Shown here: positions 1-12,481 of the stretch, piece by piece
Layout of the letters: each line of letters opens with the position of its first letter
Position numbering within the stretch: the stretch's first letter is position 1
Assembly: GCF_003704095.1 (NCBI RefSeq)
Contig: NW_020846655.1
Coordinates: 124,001-188,000, forward strand
DNA length: 64,000 nt
Source: Pocillopora damicornis
Lineage: Eukaryota
Direction: 5' to 3'
Notes under the pieces: generated by a model
Told to the model about the DNA's origin: nothing
The model's database searches: none
What the model saw: the letters and a program-made list of their open reading frames with translations, nothing else
Program-made: the position numbers and the translations under genes

Positions 1-3000
1 CTGAATAGTATTCAATAGGAATACTATAATCATATATAAAGTCCATTATTCAAACTCCAATTAACTGCATTTAGTGTTCATCGTTATAGAGATTTCCACA
101 GAACCGTTTTTTTTTCCGATTTTGACGGCTCATTCTCGTTTTTGATTCGCCTAGACAGTGATTCCAGAGGCGTGAAGTATATCAGCATTTCTCATGCAGA
201 ATTCTGGAAGATTATTTACCGAGTATTTTCCCTTTTAACCTAGAAAATCATGAGGTAATGTCTAATTCAAAAGAGTTATAACGATTAAATTTCAATTTGT
301 AAGAATTTCAATGGATTCAAGCATGGTAAAAGAAAATATATATTTTACTACAAACAGCGTTTAAATTGATTGGGTGTACCTTGCTTACTGTAAGTTGCGC
401 TTCTCTGTGAAGCAATCTACACATCCAAAAACGTAACATTATAACAACACAAGTCAATCGTTTACAAAAGGTGGTGTCGATTCATGAACAAATCGCTAAT
501 CTCGCAATCGCAGATCTTATCTTTAAGTCATACTTGGCTAGGCACCTGAACTTTCCATTCGAACGCGCGTGGCTGATCAACAAGTTTGTGAAGTGCTTTA
601 AAATAGCAAGTCGTAGCTTAAGGCGACATGGTCATTCTTAACAAATCAATTTCGAGCTGATTATAAATTATTACGCAATTCATAGTCACTTAAAATAGGA
701 GGAAAAATTTTCCTGATCGGCTCAGTTATTAAACAAAGAAACGCAGAAATAAGATAGCACTTCAGATATCAGCATTTCACGGAGACATCTCATTTCGCAA
801 GTTTCCTCCTCAAGAACTAGTTGTATATGTAAACAAAATCTACTCGATTGAATATCTTGCTAAAAGAATTCTGTTTTATTTTTACCTCTGCTGGATCCCC
901 TACCGAACAAAATGACAAAAGCTTTTGTTCAAGAGATCTTACAGTGACTTTAATAAAAATGCTATGTTTATCGCTAACAAAAAACCAAAAACATCGAGCA
1001 CACAAAAGCTTGGATAATTAGGAAAACTCTGAAATCTGTGTTTATAACGTTTAAATACACGCCAAGATTTCTCCTTTATTTAGGTGTAAAGTCAAACATT
1101 TTGCCCCTGTTTACAAAATGATCACAGCTCCTTGACAAAAGCGATAAACTATAGGGTTCTTTTGTACCAGCATTTCATAATTTACCAAGAATCGAACACA
1201 TTTATTCAGTAATGTAATGTCAATATGCGGCTCTATTAAACCTCTTTGTTTCAGATAAAACCATGTAATTCCGCTACGACCATTTTTGTTTTAAACGCCA
1301 TTTAAAAAACGAATATTGAGGTGGTTAAAGAACAAGTGGCAGGGGTAGATATGAATTTAAACATGTTATAAGTCGATTTACTTTTTTTGCATAAACAATA
1401 TCACTGTCGATGAATGTTTCGTAACTCATATCCCGGCTTAAACAGTGACGCAATATGATTTAAAATTGGAAAAACTCTTAAAAAAAACACTTTTTAATAC
1501 CAGGGAATGGAGCTTAAATCTTCAAAAGAACACTTGTAGCGAGAAAACTGGAATAAAATTAGTAATTGCGATCTTTGCTTTTAATGCGAGGTTGAAAAAA
1601 AACATACCGTTTCGTGAAAAAAGTTTTTTGCTATTAGGCTTCTTAAGACTAAAATTCTTTAGTTTAGTGGTGGAGGCGTACAAGCAGCAATAAATCAAAT
1701 AATTTGCGACTATTAATAAGCCTAAAATATCATGTCGAAAAGACATTAATGCGAACAAAAACATTCGAACCGAGATGGTTCAATTTTAACACCATTGCAC
1801 TCACAGAAAGTAGACGTCGTTAACAACTTTTACCAATCATAGCGCAGGTTGTTAACTTACAAGAAACCCCAATGGTCTATTGGCCGGCTTAGCTTGAATA
1901 TTCACTGTCATTAACAACAGAAGCTATTCGAACTTGTAAATTATTCATCAAAGTTTCCATTGATTGGCTTCCAATTGGTTTAGTATTGTTTCAGAATAAT
2001 TTTAGGATGATCTTTCTTCAGCTGGGTGATAAGTGCTCTCTACGAATGATTATGTGCATCTGATTCAAACAAAATCTAGCATAACCTGAAAGAATATATC
2101 TTATTCCTTGCGATTTTAAGGCCTTTTTAAAACGAAACACTCTCGATTCCCGTCTGGTGTGATTCGACTTGAGTTAAATATAAAAATATCTTAACTGACA
2201 AATTGATATTTATAGGGGGGTAAACATTTTAATTTCCAACTTGCAATTTTAAACCAGTCTTAATCAATTTTTTATAATACTAATGTTAATCCTTTATCAT
2301 GTTAGAGCAATTCCTTGCATGAGCAAAACTCGAGAGTAAATAAAAACGATCGAAATGAGAAGTAACAGATATGAAAAAGAATTGACGACAACCTTCCCAG
2401 AAGCAGCGCCTGAGGATTAAAAACGAAAAAACTACGCTCTGAAAGGCGTACTGTCTTGAATTTCAATGCAAAAAGACCTAAAATACCATCTGCTTATTAT
2501 CGTAAACTGACTTTCTTCGCAAAAGAAAAAGTCTTTTAAACAGCGCTTGTTATCGAGTCACGTTTAGCTTCTCTTCTGATTGGCGGATGTGTTGAGGGAG
2601 GTTTTCCATAAGGACACCTGAGATGTTGTAAAATGCGACTCTACATACAATTTTTAATACATCATTTTCATGTCTCATGTCGAAAATGGGTCGGTTTTTT
2701 CTTTACAATGATATTAGCAATTTTTAATGGCATTTTTACCTCAATGTTTTTATCTTTTAACAAACTTAAATTCTTTGGCGCCACAACATAAATATCTCTA
2801 TTGACATCTTTATTTAAATTTTAACATTATGACCAGCGATATTTGAAAATGAACTGCCATGCAATTTCATTTTTTGCAGCTCACATCTATTAACGGTTTT
2901 AATGATTTCGAGGACAAAGTAAGACCATTAAATGAAATGATGCTCTTTTAATTTTGCAAATTACAATGTCCATTAGCGGGAAGCTAAAATTGTTCTGAAC

Positions 3001-3723
3001 CATGACAGTCCGGTTTTATTGATAATGTTTACCGAGCCATCCCAATTTAGCTTGAGTCATAACTAAGAAAACCAAATCAAATTGAGCGCACGATTCCGAA
3101 GAATATTTATACTGATTAATTAAAAATGTGGAATCCCACTCATTTTCTGAGGAAGACATCCAAAAATCCTCGCTTAGAACAACTCGCATTCCTTACAGCG
3201 TTGTCGGTTTCCGCGCTTGCTCGCAAAAATGTTACAAATGCTTGTTCAACGCTAAACGGCGGCCTGTTTTACAGGAAGTGCTCCAAACACTGTTAAGATA
3301 TCTTATAACCGGTCGTTTTATCATTACTAAAATTGTCTTATTATTCACAGAACATTAGTATTGATAGTGATGGCCTTTATGTTAGGCGTATACAAATAAA
3401 ACCTCGAAGGGTATTTCCTAGACACGCGTATGGCAGGTGTCTTAAGGTCTTGCTTTGGCATTAGTAATAAAATTTACCATTGTATGCATTCAAACAGGGC
3501 TTATATTAATTTTCAATTTTCTCTACGAACGCTGTGGCTATGATGTTGAATTCATGCATCATTGCAGCTGCTCCACAGCCAAAAACAATTAGCGCCAAGG
3601 CCCTAATCAGCTCGTGTAGCTAATAAGTTTCAAAGAGAGCGAGTTGTAAGGATCAGAATTGCACGGACTTCAGTCTTCGCACACGTACCACTGAATATAG
3701 CGGTCACTCATTGTAACTAAGCC

Positions 3724-5887
3724 ATGGAGCAATCTCTTGGTCTGGGCAAACCCCATAGCCAGTATGTAGTCAGTGATGTCTTAGGAATCGAGAGCTTGGC
3801 AACTTCCTCCTCTAAGTGTAAGCACAGTTTATCTGTCTTTATTTGAAAACAACATTAATTTTAGCCAGGGAACGTCCAAAACCTATAACCCAGGCCTGTC
3901 AAAAAAGACAGTGTCGAATATGACTTTAACTATCTTCTAAACACTTCCCTTTATAGTCCCCTCCTTGGTTTACAGAAGTTATCAGACTCCATCGGCAGAC
4001 CTCCAAGCACCATCAGATCCCCAAGGACATGCTGATGGTGAAAGCTCTGCTACAGTGAGGAGAAAGCAACGTAGAAATCGTACCACATTCACAAAGCAAC
4101 AATTGCAAGAACTAGAAAAAGTATTTGATAAAAAGCATTACCCAGATATCGCCCTCAGAGAAGAGCTTGCTGCCAAGATTAACATCAGCGAGGCGCGAAT
4201 CCAGGTAAATCGTTTTAACAATAATTAAAAACACCCATCTCTATGCTTGAGCCTCATCTTTGAATACACAGAGCTCATCGAAAGCGATTTCATGTTGCGT
4301 GTGAAGAAAGTAATCTCACAGAAAATATATCTAAATTTCGCCAAAAGAAAAAATAATGTATGAGATAAAACGTAAACGGGTGTGGTCGTTAACGATAGCC
4401 TTGTGTAATAGTAGGCCCATAATTGTATTAGGACGCCGGGCAAGATTATATTACTAGCGAAAATTGTGTGATCGACGATATAGCTTCAAGCTTAGTGAAT
4501 TTGTGCATAATTGAATTTCTTTTTTCCACCTTTAAAAGTATGAATATATTGCCAATAACACATTACCAAGAATAAAGGATTCACACGATATTTCACCAGT
4601 GATTTTAGCACACTGCTGCAAAATACTCTGCCAAAGTTGCAGACTTCGATGTTTTGAGTCAAGCGGAAATTCGAGTTCTCTCTCTCTCTTGAGTTTCGAA
4701 AAGCTGTTTTTCTGTTGGAAAGATTTTCCACTAAATAGCACACTAAAATGAGTGGAAAATTATATACCATCGATTGTCTAATGTAAGGTAAAATTTATGT
4801 CCGTGTATTTTTGATGAAGATAAGATTACTTTGAGTATTCTGCCTTTTAATAGCCAGCGTTTGATTTGTGCATCCTTTAAAAAATTTTTGCTGCAAAGTA
4901 AATGGATCGATCGATGTGCTGTTTCCTCTTCTATGAGTCCTTCTACGAAAAATTTAAACAAATTTCATGACACTCACGAAAAAACACTGAGTGGCAAATT
5001 ACTGGTGACCAAAAACATTAAGTCTTTTACAATATCTCAATCTGAACCGTCTTTTCATGCTGTTGTCGAGACTTCCTGTTGCCGTTATTTTGTAACTTTT
5101 CCACTAATACGATATATACATAGCTCTTTCGATATTGAGATGTACAATTAAACACCGCGGACTTCGATCGGTCATTGAGAATGTTTGTCTTCAATGTTGT
5201 ATAAGTGTATTCACTTACCCCGGCATTTCTCAGACCAAGTTCTAAACATCATTTCTATCCTTCAACTGACTATATTACAGTACTTCTGCTTTTTGATTTA
5301 GAGATAAAAGAGACGAGTTTTGTCATCCGAACACGTTTTAAATGCTTCTTTGTGGAAACCATTAAATTGTTTGTCTTTTGTTGACTCACATCATACAAGT
5401 TGGAGTTCCCTCTTATTTGAAGGAACACGGAGAAATTTCGTTGAGATTCAGCTTGTTTTTTCTCACTTTTTAGGTTTGGTTTCAAAACAGACGAGCCAAA
5501 TGGCGAAAGAGACAAAACCCGTCGCAGAGTTTTACGAAAAAAGTGCGCTATCAAAGCGAAAAACTTGGACCGCACCTGCCAATTGCTCCCAGACCAAGTA
5601 TTCCCTGTGGACCACCGAACTACTTCCTTGGTTTACCGGGTGCAGTTCCTGTGAGCGCCCATCACCACACATATCCAGGCATTTTGACTTCTCTCAACGC
5701 TACAAACTCTAGTTACATGTCTTCATCGCAGCTACCAATGCACAACGGTACGCTTTGGCCTTGCCAAGGCGCCGCTTTCTCAAGCCATGCCGAACAACCT
5801 AAGATGGCGCTGGAAGCGTTGAGAATGAAGGCGAAGTCACACGCCTCTTCAATGTCTGCGTTTGAATTCGTTCCATCGTACCATTAG
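3724..5887 (+). CDS. PRD-class (Q50) homeobox transcription factor with OAR domain, DRGX/aristaless(Arx)-like, about 251 aa, 3 coding exons
   Basis: Exons 3724-3817, 3957-4204, 5474-5887 (GT-AG, phases 1 and 0 compatible). Homeodomain [49 protein letters not shown]|[12 protein letters not shown], with the typical PRD-class intron between residues 46 and 47. N-terminal eh1/octapeptide-like [12 protein letters not shown]-terminal OAR-like [12 protein letters not shown]. Confidence 0.93.
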
Positions 5888-8800
5888 TTCACGGCTTACG
5901 CTACCTTACCGAGCAAGAGAAAAAATAGAACGAGAACGGTCCACCGATGTAAAGTCAACGAAGAATATTGTTTTTGACAAACAGTTGAAATAGCCAAAGA
6001 TTAACTTGAAATGTCAAGGTGAAGCACTATAGAAAAGTACGAGAACTTGGGCGCAAATAGTAGCATTTTGATATGAGTATTTCCTTTCAGCTAAGTCAGT
6101 GGATATAAGAACTCTTTTGGCTGAAAAGAGAATTGTAAAATTACCGAAAAACAATCATAGAATTCTCGATGAATTTACGATCATTTGTAGTATATTAGAT
6201 TTTTATATTACAAAAAAATTGCAAGACATTTTATCACGAAAGGTTTTCGCCTTGGTAGAGTATTAAGCTTTACCCAATATAAAATAAGAACGCACTTTAT
6301 TTAAGATGTACTTTATGCCTATTTGCGCTATTAGTAAATTTTCTTTTGAAAGACTGTCAATGGAAGCTCATTAATGAAGCCGTGAATACTTCCAAGGCTT
6401 TTTCGCTTCGCCCCGCCTGGAACTTACAAACCCTAAGGTGCTAACACACCTTAAGCAAGTACATTTTCAACTAGCAATTTCAATAACTGTATTATCCATA
6501 AACTAAAACAATATTAACGCCCTGGTACCACATACAAGAAGAAAAAGTGAGAATTATTCTGTAAGAAAAGATTAAAAATCACCAAAACCTCAACAGGGAT
6601 GAAACTCAGTCATTAACATTTTAGTTCTTATGAATTTTCAGGGTCAAAGTAGTGAAGTATTCTTCCTGTTTCTAATAACTGTATAGTTTGCTTTTGCGCT
6701 GAATCAATAATTTATCAAAGCTAAATTTATGCTATGGGTATAAAGAGAATGGTCAGAAATACGTCAGTAACAAATAGCGTGCATTGTTAATAGAAATGGA
6801 AAAACGGACAAATTTTTCTGAGATCTTGAACTCAAACGAAGTTTATCTCTTGTCTCAAAAAACAACAAACCGACACTATTCATTACTTTAAAATGGAATA
6901 ACCACATAACTTTTTATACTTTACCGAAATAATCCATTAGATCAAATTTTCACAATAAAGGAAATTAAACACTTTACAGTGATGCGACCGTGTTCTCCTG
7001 AAAAGACAATAATTACAACAACATTTACTTAACGGAGGTACAGTTTTTAGTTCGTTCAGAAGTCCTCATGGATAAGCACAAACTTACACGAAAGTTTAGT
7101 AAGTTACTTTGTTATCATTAATCTCGCAAACAAGACTGAAATGATGTAAAAAGCCGGAAAAATTCAAATAAAAGTACTTACAAAACGTTATTTATTTGTA
7201 ATTTCAGCTGCAGCATAATAAGTCTTTCCTTTCGCTAACTATATACGCCGCTTATGGCACCAATCTTTTGTGGTCCCCTTGCCCACCAGCTGATTTTCAC
7301 CGCTCTCCTTTCAAAAGTTTAACTCTCGCCCAAAAAACCGCAGCAGTTCGTCGTTTTTGTTTTAAACGGAATTCTACCTTGAGAAATACTCGGTATTGAA
7401 CATTTTCCCTTTCAACAAATACCTCATTTTAGCCCGTTCAAAATGTCAGCAAGGCATGACAATACTTTAAGATGGCAACAGTTCTCAAATAGTCGATTCA
7501 AATGATCCCCTTTTGTTTTCAGTTAAGTACAGTTTTGTCGATAGAGCTCTTTGAGCTAAATAGACTGAAGATCTTTTGATTCTCTGCTCAAACAAATCAA
7601 GGGTTGAAATTTAGGATCGGGAGAGAAGTCGAGAGAAACGTCATAAACTGGAGATAGAAAAATTTATTCAGTTTAAACTGACACATTATTTCCTTCTATA
7701 CAAATTCAGATTAGATTCAGCGAGGTTTTGCAGTGCGATAATTTACTTTCCATTCCTATCAAAGGTCTTTTATTTCTAATGAGGTTCAGTGTGTGAACTA
7801 TGCGAATGATTTCGTTTGGGTAAATTCGAGGATAAATTTACAAATTTGCGTTTTATCATATTGACAAGTATCTTAAGCGTACTTTGTAAAGTGAGTTTTA
7901 ATGGCTTGAACTGACTTTGTTTAAAAACCTTAATGACGGACTTTTCAATGAGCTTTCTCATTATTTCAAAAGCTTTCCTAAGCTGCGTTGTTTTCTAAAC
8001 AAAGTTTTGTGATAAAAATGAACGACAAATTACGCGAACGGGATAAGTTATTTATTATTGTGTTTGCCTCATCAGTAACATGCATTTGCATAATTGCTCG
8101 CTTCACCTTTGGTTGACAATGAAGACAAAATACACTGCCTCATTATCTGGGCAGCCTGTCTTTGGCGAGAAAAGCAACGAATAGCGCCTAAGAAGGAAAA
8201 CACAGGCTCAGATTAAACAACAACTTTCAAAAATGATTTTGAAAGCTTCGGGAGTGTTTTTGTCGCGCGAACAGAATGCATGTGTCGCTGCCGATATAAA
8301 ATTGGAAAAAAATCCATGTTTACCAACGGCTGCATTTGATTTAAATTATATCGGTCTATCGTGTGAGCTCGCTTTCTGGGTGAGTCGTGCATTCCCTTAT
8401 GAAATAATTCATAGCATAAGTATCAATAAGATATTGTTTCAGTGAGTTTTAGTATTTTAACGCCGGTTAAACACAATTCTACGTGAGGAGTTCCCAGTTC
8501 TTTGACAAATCAAGTCGTTAAAACATGCGTCATACGGATAACGTTAGACCTAAACAGCAGACACAAGTTATGCTTGCCTTGATTAAACACAGAGCTAAAG
8601 AGAAAACTTACATTGTTTGCTGGAGTAATAGAGGAGGAAAAAACAACGAGAGAGAAAAAAAGCATATTTAAGCTCACGGTAATTTGCAATTTCCTCCCAG
8701 TCTAATATCATCGGATTCTAACAAAGTATATCTTAGGTAACATTAATTAAAACCTGAAAAATGATAAGAAACGGATAAAGCGACAAGTTCAGATATTAAA

Positions 8801-11800
8801 CAAAATTTTCTGTTCCTGGTATAAGGATTTCATCGTTATCGGTACTAATAAAAGAATTCTTACACTTTGATTCAGTTTGATCTGGGCACGCAAAATGGCT
8901 AACACGACGGTCTTAAAAAACCCCCCCGTGTCGCTCTCTTTAGGACTAATTTATTTTTAATTAGAAGAGCAACGTCTAGTTTTTTTTGAAACTCTAATTA
9001 TGGCAAATGAGACAAGCGTCTCGCTGGCGACGTGATGGGTGGGTGTAAAAAAGAAAATAATTTTTTTTGTAGACATCTAATTGCTTTTTTTTTCTTCTAC
9101 GGATTTAGTCTAGAAAACTGTTTTCGTTTTCTGGAGTTTGGGTTTCCAGTTATATTTCATTAATATTCTTGGATCACCTTGAACGTATCATTTCAACAGA
9201 ATTTTATCTGGACCTTCTTACGTTACAGTTTTCTCTCTTTCCACTTTATTTATTATTCAGCATAGCACGGAGTTTTGTTGCTAACCTAGTTTTTTTAGTA
9301 ATAGGTATAAATCCGATGCTAATGATGCAAGAATGAAGTTTGACTGAGAAACACTTGACGACAAGATAAACAATGAAAAAAGTCTTAAAAACGCAATTTC
9401 TAACCTTGCGATCAAAATATTTTTCTCGACCTCAATACAGGTGTTTCTTTTACACCGAGATATGCAATTTTCAAGTGGTTTGATTATCCGGTGAATTATC
9501 ATACGAGATGCTCTGCCCGCAGCCGATTCAAAAGTTGTGAAAAGAGAAAACCGCGTCAATTAAATTTTGAAACGCCTTCGGTCATTCATATTAGAAGTGA
9601 GTTGAGTTCAGTTGATTTTCGATTGATTTATGCCCGAACAAATGTTTGGCTCGGTAGAGAGTTATAAACAACAGAAAAAATATTTAGATTTTTTGAATAA
9701 AATAAATAATGGACTAAACGGGGAAAGAAAACAAAAAAAAAACACAACTTTTCAAAGACGTGTTTTTCTTTTCAATAGAGAGATTTCTATTTTTAAAGGT
9801 AAATTACAAAAATGTCCTGAGTTTGACTTTGACCTTAGCACATATTGCGGTGTCTCTTTGTTGAACAAGATTATTTTTAACAAAGTATTTACGGTGCTTG
9901 TGTCCGTAAGTCAAACCATTAATGACTTTTATATTTTATAACTGAAACACTAGCTCGAGAACTGCGTCTAGAGGAAAGTGGACTGGACTCACCGCAGCGT
10001 TTTGCAGAGTGAAACACAATCTGAAAAATGAGACAATAATTTTCCCAATGTCCGACCACTAGAAAACCTAATTCCAAATATTTAATTGCCGACCATTTTA
10101 TCTGGCGTTAACTGTTTTTATCACTGTGGTTTTACGTAGTAAGAATGCGAAACACTTTGACAGCATTACATCGCTTCGATTGACGACTGCTCGCTAAAAC
10201 GTTTCTATATTTATCGCAACCAGTAAATAGTGTTGCTTGATTTTAAGAAGGAAGCTGAAAGTTTTGTTCTTAGAAATATTGATTTAGACACAATATCGTG
10301 ATGTGTGCACGTGGCAGTTATTACCACCTGGGTTTAGAAGACTCAGTTTCGCTCAGCCACTGGGAGTAATTTATATTAGAAATTTCTGGCAGTGTCTGTT
10401 AATCAAACGCTGACAAAATTTACTTCAGTTTCTTTATCACGTTTACAGTGCGTTTTAGGCCGCGATACACGCTAATAAAACATTTCTAAATGCTTATTCC
10501 AAGGCGTGAAAATATGAAAAAAAAACTGGATCCTAATCTAAGACAAAAACAGATTTCCAGTCATCATCACCGAACCGCTCTGAAAACTAATTTCATCTGA
10601 GAATCCAAGTTTTTCGATCTACTTAGAACGTAAATGCGTCAACCTTTTATGTCTTGCGCCCGAAACAAAAGGTTCAAAATTGATTGCGAAATATCCATCC
10701 CTATTAATCCTTAGTGATATGGATAATTTACATATCATATTAAATAACTCACGTTTTCTCCCCTTCCAATATATCGGGTCGGTAGTTTGATAAATACCGC
10801 TGTATTTAGCGGTGACATATTCAATGAAGTATTTTCATTACCTGACAGCCGTCATTAGAACCCCATTGCGGTTTTCCTCACTCGCTATCCAGAAACAATT
10901 AGAGGCGGAGTCTGTTTGTTTGCAGTTATTCAAAGGCTTGTTTAATTTCAGTTTCTTTGTTGTTTAGCGATGCCTGGTCTTCAGGAAAGAGGATCAGGTG
11001 TTTGGAGATCGCATTTTAATCAAAGGAGGTGGATAAAAAAATTGAAACGTTTCCCTGTTTTCCAAGACTGTATTCCTAACCTCAGATTATGATAACAGAC
11101 AAAATAAAAGTCGTGTTGATCTAGAGGGGCTAAATGTGCCTTTCATATACTGCAAAATGCCTCGGGCGACTACCAAAGAGAGATGCACTGAATAACCATT
11201 CTGACAAGTTAAAAAAAAAGAGAGAGAGGAAAAAAGGAGAAACTCACGATTTTACAATGACGTGATAAAACCGATAAGAAAATAGCAAAACAGGAATGGC
11301 TCCCGTGGTTTTCAGAGCCGGTATATCAACATGTCTCGAGGCGGCGATGGTGGTTAAAAAAATCCACCTGGTCCGGGATGCTTTAACATTCAGTTTTCTT
11401 TCAATGTTTCTTTCAAACACTTCACTCTCCTGTGTGGCGACAAGGTGACCAATGCTTTGTGCACCGGGCCCCGCTCGAATCCAGACCTCTCTCTTGTGGA
11501 ATCAGAGTGCTAAAAATATAGGGAAACTTGAGCAGGTAAAGAAAAGTTTTACCTTTCATTGCTAGGAGTTACACGGGATTTTTAAAATCATCAATTAATT
11601 AAAGAGACAAAAACAAAAGAAATAGAAGTTAAGGAATTGAATTCAACAATAAAAAGCGATCTAACTAAAGATTGACCACAAATTCGAATCAACGAAACAA
11701 TTAGTTTTTTGAGGGTACCATTAATAAATCACTCGCTGCCCTCATAGTGTAAAAAAACTAAAAGGCGAACTCAAAATGTACAACCGTTGGGTAAAACCCT

Positions 11801-12481
11801 CAGAATCGAATGTACCAAGGTACAAACAAACACTAATATAAAGTGTACTGGACCCGATTCAATTGCCAGAAGTAAAAAACATACCAATCAAAAGTTTCTT
11901 TACATTCAGTTGTCTACTTTTTGACAGGTTATTTGTATGTATCATTAGTTTCTTAACACTTGGTTGAATTTCAGTAGTAAAAGTTGATTAAGGGAAATTA
12001 ACCACCGCAACGAATATAGCCCTTAGTTGGATTAAAGTGAAACACAGCAAGATGCATTTGAATTTCTACACTCAATGAAACAAAAAGAGCGTAACTTAAA
12101 CAAGAAGAGGGCCTCGTAGATAAATACAACAAGCCAGATCTTATTGGTCAGCGATCAGAGATAATGTTCTCTTTCGCAACTACAACTTTGAAGTTGACAA
12201 TTAAACAAATGTAACTAATTTAGTCTTTCTTCCACACTGACGGAAATCTTGGGAGACAACTTGTAAGTGAAATAAATCCACTACGTGTTGTCAAAACACA
12301 AGTCACAAAAAATCTGTTTCAACTGCAAAAGAGAAATGTACGTTGGCGTGGCAATAAATCTGTTTCATGTCTCCAACATTTTTGCACTGTTCTTTTTTGA
12401 TTCCAGTGATGCCTTTATGTAAGTCTATTGATAACTTCCACCCCAACCCAGAACGAGTCTAGCAACTACAAGTCCAGTCCA

